Positions 29,439 to 40,909 of a DNA stretch of 64,000 nt are shown one piece after another; position 1 is the stretch's first letter; the number at the start of each line of letters is the position of its first letter. A program made the translations under genes and the position numbers. The DNA lies in NCBI GenBank assembly GCA_965602015.1, contig OZ271918.1, positions 1,184,001-1,248,000 on the forward strand. Reading direction: 5' to 3'. The notes beneath the pieces were generated by a model. The model ran no database searches and had not been told where the DNA came from. It worked only from the letters and a program-made list of their open reading frames with translations. The stretch comes from Salinispira sp. (GTDB lineage: Bacteria > Spirochaetota > Spirochaetia > DSM-27196 > Salinispiraceae).

Positions 29439-29477
29439 CCCGGTGTAATCCTTGGAGATGACGCCGGGTTTTTTTTT
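29439..29477 (+). terminator. Rho-independent terminator after tRNA
   Basis: CCCGGTGT..ACGCCGGG stem followed by a T9 tract. Confidence 0.8.
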
Positions 29478-29560
29478 ATTAAGTGATGGTATGAAAGCGG
29501 TGCCTCCCCCGAGATCCTGCCAGTCAGGGTCTATATTAAATACCGGAGGAGGACAACCAA

Positions 29561-30613
29561 ATGAGTAGTATTATTATATCCCTCGACAGCCATAAACGGT
29601 ATACCGTGGCTGCAATTGAGGACGAAAAAGGAAGGAAATCCTCACAGCGCATAGAACATTCTCACGGGTGTATTCGTGATTTTCTCCAACAATTTGAGCC
29701 GGGACAGGAAGTCGCACTTGAAACAATCGGAAGTTGGTACTGGATTGTGGATGAGATTGAGGAGGCCGGCATGAACCCCTTGCTGGTACATGCCGGTAAG
29801 TCAAAATTGATGATGGCCATGTTTAACAAAACTGACAAACTCGATGCTGAAGGTCTCAATAAACTTCAAAAAGCAGGCACACTGCCTACTGTGTGGATTC
29901 CACCAGGAGAATTGCGTGATAAACGAGAACTCTATCGAACCCGGATGCAGTTCGTTCAGGAGTTGATACGTGAAAAGAACCAAATTCATGCCGGGTTCGA
30001 GAAATATGGGTTTCGATTCAATGATGTGAGCGATCTGTTCGGAAAAGCAGGTACAGAAGCCATGAAGAAGGTAATGCCAAAACTCCCCGAGCATACCCGC
30101 ACCATGATGAAACTCAAGCTCGATAATCTCGCGTTTATTAAGCAATCTATCACCGACTGCGAACAACGAATGCATGAAGCGTTTGATGAAAATGCTGAAA
30201 TGAAGTTGGTGAAATCCATTCCCGGGATCGGATTTATTCTCAGCGCAGTCATTGTGCATGAAATTGGAGACATACATCGCTTTAAGACCGCTGAACATTT
30301 TGCATCATACTGTGGTACAACGCCGCGCGTTCACTCGAGCGGAGGTAAAACTCATTATGGTCGAACATCGAAAGCATGTAATCGATACTTGAAGTGGGCA
30401 CTTACTGAAGCAGCTAATGTAACCTGTCTTAATCAAAGAAATTGGGCGAACCGACATACGGTAAAACTCTACAAGAGAGTTCGTACTAAACGTAATCATA
30501 AGGTTGCAATAATCGCCGTGGCACGGCACTTAGCAGAAGCAATATTTTGGATATTGCAGAAAGAACAGCATTACAAAGATCCTGCATTAGCGGGTTTGTC
30601 CAGACAGGGGTAA
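29561..30613 (+). CDS. IS110-family DEDD recombinase/transposase
   Basis: SLDSHK, ALETIG and KTDKLDA (DEDD); SIPGIG and PRVHSSGGK in the C-terminal domain; SD GGAGGAGG. Confidence 0.97.
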   Translation: MSSIIISLDSHKRYTVAAIEDEKGRKSSQRIEHSHGCIRDFLQQFEPGQEVALETIGSWYWIVDEIEEAGMNPLLVHAGKSKLMMAMFNKTDKLDAEGLNKLQKAGTLPTVWIPPGELRDKRELYRTRMQFVQELIREKNQIHAGFEKYGFRFNDVSDLFGKAGTEAMKKVMPKLPEHTRTMMKLKLDNLAFIKQSITDCEQRMHEAFDENAEMKLVKSIPGIGFILSAVIVHEIGDIHRFKTAEHFASYCGTTPRVHSSGGKTHYGRTSKACNRYLKWALTEAANVTCLNQRNWANRHTVKLYKRVRTKRNHKVAIIAVARHLAEAIFWILQKEQHYKDPALAGLSRQG

Positions 30614-30766
30614 GCGCGTTTTTGGGGCTACAGCGCGAATACGAGGCTGTGCAAAGTGATTGCGACACCCCTGGAAGGACATTTTCATGCCACGTGGATG
30701 GCGGAGATATGACTCGGACAAAACCGATTTGCAGAATTTTTGTAATAGAACATTGAAAACTCTTGC
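30614..30766 (+). ncRNA. Predicted bridge/seek RNA of IS1111-type element copy 1 (boundaries approximate)
   Basis: Segments TTTTGGGG, AAAGTG, TTTCATGCCA and AGATATG match the target and donor arms; located in the 3' non-coding end, as known for the IS1111 group. Confidence 0.8.
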
Positions 30767-30872
30767 GGGGAGGCACCGCTTTCAGATATGCCCCCAAAAC
30801 AGCTGATCGAATCAACATAACTCTTTTGCCAGTAGTCTTCTATGACACGATTCCCGCTCATAGGAGATTGCC

Positions 30873-32006
30873 ATGGCGTTTCACCCCCGTTTCTGTCCGT
30901 ACTCGGACTGCTCTCAGCATCATCGCGACAGAGAATCAAGCCGGTGCTGGTTTGTCCGAAACGGTCACTATCACTGCCGCCGCCTCGGTTCTTCCCAGCG
31001 CTATCGCTGTAAGCATTGCCGTCGATACTTCTGCGAAAGCGCGTTTCACCTCGATTATCGCGCACATCATCGCCTCGATTACCGGCGCATCTTTTCTTCG
31101 ATCAACTCGGCTTCTGGCATCCGCGACATTGCCCGGGAGTTTTATGTCACCGACAAGGTCATTCTCAATCGATTGAGTCGCCTGTCCCGTCAGGCGATCG
31201 CTGCCATGGCCCAGTTATTGAGCGATCATACAATCGATGAGGATATTGCCGTTGATGGGTTTGAAAGCTTTGTGTACAGCCAATACTGGCCGAACAACTT
31301 CACCCTCGCGGTGGGTTCCGACAGCCAGGTTGTCTATGCCTGCGACTATGCGCAGATGCGGCGCAAAGGGCGGATGACCCCCGCACAAAAGCGCCGGCGC
31401 GATGAGCTCAATCGCCGGTATCCTATTGCAGGGGGACAAATTGCGCGATCTTTCCGTGATGTGATAAACACCATTCTTCCCAGGTGGAGGGCTTATTCAT
31501 CGAAGAAGCCATGCTATCTCTTGAGCGATGAAAAACTCGAATACCGCCGTGAGCTGTTCGCTCACCGGGACTGGGCGGCGTTGGAAAATGCAGGGCGGGT
31601 GATCCATCACCGAACCTCATCGAGGGTGGTCAGGACCACTGAGAACCCCCTGTTTCCGGTGAATTACCTGGATCGGGAGATACGAAAGGATCAATCCTGT
31701 CATGTCCGCCAGAGTGTCCAGTGGTCAAAATCGGTGAACAACAGCATGGAGCGGATGATGATTTACATCGCCTATCATAACCTGCTCAAGCCGTATCGGA
31801 TAAACGGACGAAACGATATCAGCCATGGTGAGGTTGCGGGGTTTGACCGAAAGCGGGTACTCACGTTGGCAAAAAGGATGTTTACACAGCGGGCCTTCGT
31901 TCATCATCTGGTGCTGGACATCAGCCAATGGAAGACCTGGCACCGGATCTGGAAGACACCGGTGAGTGCGCTGAAGATCGATCTTCCCGATTATGCGGTG
32001 GCCTGA
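30873..32006 (+). CDS. IS1-like transposase (zinc ribbon + HTH + DDE-like domain, single ORF)
   Basis: CPYSDC..RYRCKHCRRYF zinc ribbon, SGIRDIAREF HTH, IAVDGFESFV and LLSDEK acidic motifs; enclosed by inverted repeats. Family assignment is inferred. Confidence 0.8.
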   Translation: MAFHPRFCPYSDCSQHHRDRESSRCWFVRNGHYHCRRLGSSQRYRCKHCRRYFCESAFHLDYRAHHRLDYRRIFSSINSASGIRDIAREFYVTDKVILNRLSRLSRQAIAAMAQLLSDHTIDEDIAVDGFESFVYSQYWPNNFTLAVGSDSQVVYACDYAQMRRKGRMTPAQKRRRDELNRRYPIAGGQIARSFRDVINTILPRWRAYSSKKPCYLLSDEKLEYRRELFAHRDWAALENAGRVIHHRTSSRVVRTTENPLFPVNYLDREIRKDQSCHVRQSVQWSKSVNNSMERMMIYIAYHNLLKPYRINGRNDISHGEVAGFDRKRVLTLAKRMFTQRAFVHHLVLDISQWKTWHRIWKTPVSALKIDLPDYAVA

Positions 32007-32043
32007 GGAGGGGAAAATCAGCTGTTTTGGGGGCACTAAACTC

Positions 32044-32499
32044 TCATTTCATGAGATGCTTGATTTCGTCAATAAAACCCTCGAGATTAGTAAAATTTCG
32101 ATACACCGACGCGAAACGGATGTAGGCGACGTGATCGATTTCGAAGAGCTTTTTTAGAACCATTTCGCCCAGGTTCTTGGTGGGAATTTCGTTGCTGACC
32201 TTAGCGACTATCATGCTTTGATCTTCAATTTCATTGAGAATGTTTTCAATTTCAAGCTGACTGATTTTGCGTTTTTCCAGCGCTCTCTGCAGGCCTCGCT
32301 CGAGTTTTTCCCGGTTAAAGGGTTCGCGCCGACCGTTTGATTTGACTACCATGAGGGGCTTGTCCTCAATGCGCTCATATGATGTGAAGCGGTAACCGCA
32401 TATGGTGCATTCCCGTCGCCGGCGAATCGAACTTCCGTCAGCCAGGCTACGGGATTCGATTACCTTGTCATCCTTACTTCCGCAGTGGGGGCATTTCAT
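32044..32499 (-). CDS. nrdR: Transcriptional repressor NrdR
   Basis: MKCPHCG..IRRRREC..RFTSYER, ATP cone, AYIRFASVY. Confidence 0.97.
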   Translation of the reverse strand: MKCPHCGSKDDKVIESRSLADGSSIRRRRECTICGYRFTSYERIEDKPLMVVKSNGRREPFNREKLERGLQRALEKRKISQLEIENILNEIEDQSMIVAKVSNEIPTKNLGEMVLKKLFEIDHVAYIRFASVYRNFTNLEGFIDEIKHLMK

Positions 32500-32545
32500 G
32501 GGATCAATCTACTCCGGTTGAGGGCTTTGCACAATATTTTTACAT

Positions 32546-32597
32546 AAAAAAGCCCATCCAGCAGGCGGACCAGCATAGGTCCGCCAAAAGGACGGGC
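32546..32597 (-). terminator. Probable terminator after ilvC
   Basis: GGCGGACC/GGTCCGCC hairpin extended by GCCC/GGGC, with a T6 tract on the minus strand. Confidence 0.6.
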
Positions 32598-32620
32598 ATC
32601 TATGCTCTGAGAAGATCTTT

Positions 32621-35145
<2,525 letters not shown>

Positions 35146-35883
35146 GCAGGGCCAGGACCACCCCATTTGCCTTCCAGTCTATTACAAGAGGTGCCAGGGA
35201 AAGGGGACCCGAGGGCGCCCAGGCCCTCATGAGCAGAGCTCGGGTGTATGCGCCGCTCAGGCGGTTGACTCCCGCAAGCAGGGCCAGGGAAATCCCCTTG
35301 GCGTAGCGTATCGGGTGTCGCTTCGGCGTGGCGGCCCTCATGCGAATTGCCCGGTCGGCATCAGATGCGGCATCCATCAATACCGGAACAGCGCTGAGCA
35401 TTATGCGAATCATGGTCGCCAGTTTCCACGCGAACTCCCGGTTGAGCGGACGAAGGCTCCGGAATATGCCGTCCTGCAGTTCGCTCAATGATGTGCTGCG
35501 CATCAGCACATGGGTGCTGACCAGGGCCGCCGCTAATTGCACGATAAATGCCAGGGCTTCCGCTGCGCCATCGGGGTTCCAGGAGAGCAATAGGCTTCTC
35601 CCGGGCAGCATGTCCATAGCGAGCCTCACTGTGCGGCCGCCGGAGAGGTGGGCGCGGCTGATCCAGGTAATAAGGAATATCCAGAAGAAGCCACGGATTT
35701 CCCGAAGGAACCGGGGCAAAGGATTCCTCAGGGCCAGAAAGGCCGTAAAACTGACGGTAAACATGACTATTGCGGGTATCAGGGGCAAGAAAGACAGGTA
35801 GAGATTCCACCCGAGGTATAATAAAAATTTCATTCGGGGATCGCTTCTATGAAGGAGACTATTTCCCGGCTGATGATGAAAAA

Positions 35884-36618
35884 TCAGGACCGAAGCCACG
35901 ACATGTCCTTTATCTTCATCGACGGCTTTCTCACATCGTGGTCTTCGAGAAAGGGCAGAACCCTCTCGGGCAGGGCATCGGCGATGATTCTTCCGGCTTT
36001 TATTAAGATGAGCCGGTCCGCATGGGCTAGGCATTTTTCCAGACCGTGAGTCACAATAACCACTGCGCAGTTGCGTTCACGAAGCTTTAAAATCTGTTCG
36101 AGGGTCTGGACGACCCCCGGGTAATCTAAATTTTCAAATGGCTCATCGAGCAGCACATAATTTGCCCCCATGGCAATTACCGAAGCCAGGGCGAGCCTCC
36201 GAAGTTCTCCCCCCGAGAGGGTACCGGGATTTTGGCTCCGGTGGTCGCCCAGACCGCTCCAGCCGAGGGCATCTTCAAGCCGACGGCTCTGCTCTTCCCG
36301 GGAAAGACCCAGGTTTCCCAATCCGAAGCGAATTTCCTGTTCAACGCTCTGTTCTATTATCTGCAGATCGGGTTGCTGGAACACAAGCCCCACCCGGGTA
36401 CCCAGCACATGTCCTTTACCGGGGAAATCCTCGCCGTCGAGCAGCAGCGATCCGCTATCCGCTGTCGACAGTCCTGCCAATATGGTCAGAAGCATGGTCT
36501 TTCCCGAGCCGTTCGGACCGGTGATAACCGTCACTTCCCCGGGTGGAAAGACTGCGGACACCGAATCGAGAATAGTCGTGGTTTCAATGCTGAGGTGAAG
36601 GTTCCGGGCTTCAAGCAT
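35884..36618 (-). CDS. ECF transporter ATPase (BioM/EcfA-like)
   Basis: GPNGSGKT, LVFQQPDLQI, LSGGE and LLDEP. Confidence 0.9.
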   Translation of the reverse strand: MLEARNLHLSIETTTILDSVSAVFPPGEVTVITGPNGSGKTMLLTILAGLSTADSGSLLLDGEDFPGKGHVLGTRVGLVFQQPDLQIIEQSVEQEIRFGLGNLGLSREEQSRRLEDALGWSGLGDHRSQNPGTLSGGELRRLALASVIAMGANYVLLDEPFENLDYPGVVQTLEQILKLRERNCAVVIVTHGLEKCLAHADRLILIKAGRIIADALPERVLPFLEDHDVRKPSMKIKDMSWLRS

Positions 36619-36623
36619 TGGCT

Positions 36624-37190
36624 TCACGTATTCCGGGAAAAGATTTTCCTTCTGCTCGCCGCCAAAAGCGCAGCGGCGATAATCTTCAAACCGTCTCCCG
36701 GGAGGTAGGGAAGAACGGCTCGCGCCAGTCCGATACGCCATTCCCAGCCGAGATTTACGGTAATCCACGGGTAGCCCACAGCGTAGATAATCAGCGTTCC
36801 CACCAGCAAGGCGAGTCCGTCCCGAAGCACCTGGGTCCAGCCTTCAGAATCGCCTCCTCCCCGGATAATCAGGCTGACTGCCACTGCGGCGGGCATAAAA
36901 CCGATGAGAAAACCGCCGCTCGGTCCCATAATCACCGAGAAGCCCCGGGCGCCGCCGGCGAAGACCGGCAAACCGATAATTCCTGCGAACAAATACAGGC
37001 CAACCGCCGCCAGGGCCCACAGCGGCCGCAGGAAAACCCCAGCCAGGATGACAAAGAGGGTTTGCAGGGTAATGGGAACCGGGGTAAAGGGTAGGGCTAT
37101 CTGCAAAAAGGCTCCGACGGAAATAAGCGCGGCGAACACCGCAGCCAGCACCATCGGCTGAAGTTCACGGGAAAGATCAGTACTTTTCAT
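36624..37190 (-). CDS. bioY: Biotin transporter S component BioY
   Basis: PVPITLQT, GLPVFAGG, GPSGGFLIGF and PGDGLK. Confidence 0.93.
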   Translation of the reverse strand: MKSTDLSRELQPMVLAAVFAALISVGAFLQIALPFTPVPITLQTLFVILAGVFLRPLWALAAVGLYLFAGIIGLPVFAGGARGFSVIMGPSGGFLIGFMPAAVAVSLIIRGGGDSEGWTQVLRDGLALLVGTLIIYAVGYPWITVNLGWEWRIGLARAVLPYLPGDGLKIIAAALLAASRRKIFSRNT

Positions 37191-37274
37191 TTTCGTTCCT
37201 ATATAAATATTCACCCGTACGGCCACAAATCGACCGCTTGGATACATGGGCATGTTCGGCTACTATACGTCAAT

Positions 37275-38648
37275 ATGCGAATAAATGTCACCTGCAGCCA
37301 TTTGACCGCCGGGCTTCCGACCCGTCTGACCACCCTGGCCGCCATCGCTCTTTTTCTGGTAGTTTCCGGGCTTCCGGCACAGAACATCGATGAACGCTAT
37401 CCGTTGGATATGAATCCCGTTGATTTGCCCGGCCAGTATGAAAGCCTGGCGGAGGCGTTTTCCCTGCCGGTTCCCCAGCTCAGAGCGCCTATCGCCCTTC
37501 TCATCGAACTGGAAACCGGAAGCGTCCTGTTCGCCAGGAATGCGAATCGGGCCTTTCCCCCCGCCAGTTTGACAAAGATCATGACGGTGTTTACAGCCCT
37601 CGAGGTGTGGGATGCCATGGATATCTCCATGGATGACAGTGCAGAATTTTCCTCGGCAGCATGGGCGGTCAACGCACCTCCTCAGTCTTCTTTGATGTTT
37701 CTGGGACCCCGGCAGCGGGCGAGCTTCGGCGACCTTATCCTCGGTCTTTTGGTCTCATCGGGCAACGATGCCGCCGTCGCCATAGCGGAGACCACGACGG
37801 GCAATATGGATGGTTTTGTGCTGCGTATGAACGAAAACGCCCGCCAACTGGGGCTGGAAAGCAGCAGGTTCGTCGAACCGTCGGGCTACAGTCGATTTAA
37901 TCAGGCCAGCGCCTATGACCTGGCTCGATTGACCCAAATATATATAGATCGATGGCCCTGGGTCATCGAGCGTTTTCATATGGTGACTGAATATACCTAT
38001 CCCCGGGAGGAGAATCTTCTTCCGGGTAACGACCGCAGCATGATCAACATTACCCAGTACAACCGAAACGGGCTGTTAAGAAGTTACCCGGGAAGCACGG
38101 GGATCAAAACCGGATACATCGATCAGTCGGGCTACAATTTGCTTGCAAGCGCAGAGCGTGACGGCATGCATCTGCTTGCGGTAGTGATGGGTATTTCGGC
38201 GTCAAACAGCATGGAGGGCAGCGCTCTGCGGGAGGCCGATGCCGGTGCCTTGCTCGATTTCGGTTTTGTGAATTTTTCAAAAATCGAGGTGCCTCTGGCG
38301 GAAAACTCGATTCCCGTCAGCCGGGGGCAGGCTGCTGCGCTTGAACTGCCCGGGATACAACTGCCCATGCTTGTTGCCAGTTCCGGCGGCGATGTTCAGG
38401 TCAGAAGCCGGACACCCAGGGGAGTCATAGCCCCGGTAAGGGAAGGTCAAATCGTCGAGCGCTACCGCTGGGTGCAGGACGGGGTAGTTGTGGGCGAGTT
38501 TTCACGGAGGGCCGAGGAGGCCGTTACCCCAAGCAGGGGTCTTATGTTCATCTGGGACAGCATCCGCCTATTTTTCTCAAGGCTGTTCGGCGGCGTGAAT
38601 CCCGTCGAAGGCGATGTAAGCGGTTTTCAAGCTATCGAGAGCGAATAA
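37275..38648 (+). CDS. D-alanyl-D-alanine carboxypeptidase (S11)
   Basis: PASLTK (SxxK), SGN and KTG motifs; signal peptide. Confidence 0.92.
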   Translation: MRINVTCSHLTAGLPTRLTTLAAIALFLVVSGLPAQNIDERYPLDMNPVDLPGQYESLAEAFSLPVPQLRAPIALLIELETGSVLFARNANRAFPPASLTKIMTVFTALEVWDAMDISMDDSAEFSSAAWAVNAPPQSSLMFLGPRQRASFGDLILGLLVSSGNDAAVAIAETTTGNMDGFVLRMNENARQLGLESSRFVEPSGYSRFNQASAYDLARLTQIYIDRWPWVIERFHMVTEYTYPREENLLPGNDRSMINITQYNRNGLLRSYPGSTGIKTGYIDQSGYNLLASAERDGMHLLAVVMGISASNSMEGSALREADAGALLDFGFVNFSKIEVPLAENSIPVSRGQAAALELPGIQLPMLVASSGGDVQVRSRTPRGVIAPVREGQIVERYRWVQDGVVVGEFSRRAEEAVTPSRGLMFIWDSIRLFFSRLFGGVNPVEGDVSGFQAIESE

Positions 38649-38654
38649 GAAACG

Positions 38655-39029
38655 TCAGCGCTCGGCGATGGCTTCAATCTCTATCGCCACATCTTTCGGC
38701 AGCCGTGAGACTTCAACCGCAGCCCGTGCGGGGTAGGGTTCGTCCAAAAACGAGGCATATACCCGGTTCACCTCGGCAAAGTCATTCATGTCTGCCAGGA
38801 AAATCCGGCAATGCACCAGATCGCCAAAGTCCATGCCGGCGTTGGCAAGCAGCGATGAAATATTTTCCATTATGACACGGCACTGTTCCGCGGCATTTCC
38901 TCCGAGAATTTTTCCGCTGTGATGATCCATGGCGATCTGCCCCGAGATGTACAGCCGACCGTCTGAGAGAAAGGCCGGCGAATACGGGCCCACCGCGCCG
39001 GCGTCTCCGATGCTGATGACTTTTTTCAT
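38655..39029 (-). CDS. RidA/YjgF family enamine deaminase
   Basis: GPYSPA, ISGQI and YPARAAVEVSRLPK..IEIEAIA. Confidence 0.92.
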   Translation of the reverse strand: MKKVISIGDAGAVGPYSPAFLSDGRLYISGQIAMDHHSGKILGGNAAEQCRVIMENISSLLANAGMDFGDLVHCRIFLADMNDFAEVNRVYASFLDEPYPARAAVEVSRLPKDVAIEIEAIAER

Positions 39030-40003
39030 CAGCTCACCCCGGTGAGGGCTTTGATGTACTGAAGCCGCTCGAGGTCTTCGGGGTTCTGCGAGTCCTTCTG
39101 GCTGTAGCGCCCCCGCAGTTCATTGGCCGAGGAAGCTTTTAAACCGGCAATAAGAGTATCCATTTCCGATAGCATTGCTCCTAGGATCTCCACGCTGTTG
39201 CGGTAGAATGCCGAGCAAAGCTGCACGGTGTCCGCTCCGGCGGCAATAAACTTCACTGCGGTTTCAGCGCTGTGGACTCCGGTCGAGGCCGAAAGCTGGG
39301 TGCCGGTCCGGTCGAAGAGGATAGATATCCAGCGCAGCGCCGTGCTGTAGTCTCCGTCGGCGCTGAGTCCTAGCCGTCCCTTTGGCTTCCCGTTGGCCAG
39401 ATCAATGTCGTATTGATAAAAGCGGTTAAAAAGTACCAGTGCGTCCGCACCGGCTCTCTGCAGCCGCTGGGCGAACTGGGGCAGGCTGGTAAAATATGGT
39501 CCAAGCTTTACCGCCATCGGCAGGTTCACCAAGGAGCGGATACGATCGACGGTTTCCACCAGGCGGTCTTCAAGCTCAGCGGATTGTTGGTCGAAGCGCC
39601 GGGGCATCACGCTCAGGTTTACCTCCAGGGCGTCTGCGCCGGATTCCCGCAGCTGTACAGCGTATTCCTTCCACCATTGAACATGCACGCAGTTCAAGCT
39701 TGCAATTACCGGGATATCAACTTCACTTTTTGCCCGGGAAATCAGATCGAGATAGTTTGTGGGACCCAGGCTCATGCCCGACTGATGAAGGTAATCATAG
39801 GCCTCGCTGTGGGGAAAGTCATCGGAAATCGCGTTGGTCTCTGCTTCGATCTGCTCCTCAAAGAGCGATTTGAGAACCACCGCTCCGATACCCGCGGCTG
39901 CCAGCCGTTTGATGCCTTCGATATTAGAACTCAGACTCGAGCTGGATGCGATGAGCGGGTTTTTTAGTGAAAGTCCCAGATAGCTTGTACGTAAATCCGG
40001 CAT
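39029..40003 (-). CDS. Dihydroorotate dehydrogenase-like flavoprotein
   Basis: LKNPLIASS, GAVVLKSLFEEQI, AVKLGP and LFNRFYQ. Confidence 0.85.
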   Translation of the reverse strand: MPDLRTSYLGLSLKNPLIASSSSLSSNIEGIKRLAAAGIGAVVLKSLFEEQIEAETNAISDDFPHSEAYDYLHQSGMSLGPTNYLDLISRAKSEVDIPVIASLNCVHVQWWKEYAVQLRESGADALEVNLSVMPRRFDQQSAELEDRLVETVDRIRSLVNLPMAVKLGPYFTSLPQFAQRLQRAGADALVLFNRFYQYDIDLANGKPKGRLGLSADGDYSTALRWISILFDRTGTQLSASTGVHSAETAVKFIAAGADTVQLCSAFYRNSVEILGAMLSEMDTLIAGLKASSANELRGRYSQKDSQNPEDLERLQYIKALTGVS

Positions 40004-40185
40004 GTATATTCCTCTTTGGTACGGTTATGGCGCCATTATAAAACGATTCCTTCGGACTGGAAAGGAATGTTAAACGGCTTTTCTTTTGCGCTAAACATGA
40101 GTAGTTTTATAAGAAATAAGGAGCCTTCACCGCTGGTTTATACCGGTCGGGAAGGCTGGGGAGACAGGATTACACAGGAGGATTC

Positions 40186-40794
40186 ATGCCTTTTAGCACA
40201 CCGGACTTACCCTATGCGTATAATGCACTAGAGCCGCATATCGATGAGCTCACCATGCAGATACATCACGACAAGCACCATGTGGGATACACCACCAAGC
40301 TGAACAACGCCCTTGAGGGCAGCGATTTTGCCGATAAAAGCATTGAAGAACTACTCGGCGGTTTACACACCCTGCCGGCAAACCTTCAGACTGCCGTCAG
40401 GAATAACGGAGGCGGGCACTTCAACCACAGTCTATTTTGGGGAATCATGGGCCCGAATGCCGGCGGCGAGCCCGACGGCGCCCTCGCCAAGGCAATAGAC
40501 CGGGACCTGGGGAGCTTCGATAATTTCGTCAAAGAGTTTTCAGCGGCGGCCGGAGGCCGATTCGGCAGCGGATGGGCATGGCTGGCATCGGATACCGGGG
40601 GAAAATTATCGGTGGTAAGCACGGCGAACCAGGACAACCCAATTACCGACGGCCTTCATCCGGTACTCGGCCTCGATGTGTGGGAGCACGCGTATTATCT
40701 GAAATATCAAAACAGGCGGCCTGATTACGTGCAGAGCTTCTTTAAACTTATCAACTGGAACAAGGTTAAAGAGCACTATGAAAAGCTGCTTTAA
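40186..40794 (+). CDS. sodA: Mn/Fe superoxide dismutase
   Basis: [19 protein letters not shown] and DVWEHAYY. Confidence 0.95.
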   Translation: MPFSTPDLPYAYNALEPHIDELTMQIHHDKHHVGYTTKLNNALEGSDFADKSIEELLGGLHTLPANLQTAVRNNGGGHFNHSLFWGIMGPNAGGEPDGALAKAIDRDLGSFDNFVKEFSAAAGGRFGSGWAWLASDTGGKLSVVSTANQDNPITDGLHPVLGLDVWEHAYYLKYQNRRPDYVQSFFKLINWNKVKEHYEKLL

Positions 40795-40820
40795 CGGAGT
40801 AGTGCGAAGTTAGATCGTAC

Positions 40821-40850
40821 ACGGCGTCCGTTATCGGGCGCCGTTTTTTT
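40821..40850 (+). terminator. Rho-independent terminator after sodA
   Basis: ACGGCGTCCG/CGGGCGCCGT stem plus T tract. Confidence 0.85.
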
Positions 40851-40909
40851 ATCCCGCTGACATGCGGGGTAAGGCCGTGCTACTATTTGCCGGCTTTCAG
40901 GAGTTGTTC

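Larger units (their letters stand above)
29486..30790 (+). mobile_element. IS110-family, IS1111-type element copy 1 (1305 bp)
   Basis: Perfect 18-bp subterminal inverted repeats TGAAAGCGGTGCCTCCCC (29492-509, 30767-784); TG core at both junctions; near-identical inverted copy at 50163-51467. Confidence 0.95.
29483..32036 (+). mobile_element. IS1-like element copy 1 (1249 bp net), left inverted repeat interrupted by an IS1111-type element
   Basis: Repeat GTG|CCCCCAAAACAGCTGAT is split (29483-85 and 30791-807); intact right repeat at 32017-32036; TAA on both flanks (29480-82, 32037-39). Confidence 0.9.

Noticed and set aside
30486..31176. Short ORFs spanning the IS1111 right end (also 50123..50467 and 50197..50406)
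   Set aside because: They cross element junctions and overlap the transposases and predicted RNA; no recognisable motifs.
29486..32036. Single two-gene composite element moving as a unit
   Set aside because: The second occurrence has IS1111 in the opposite repeat and strand, showing independent insertions.
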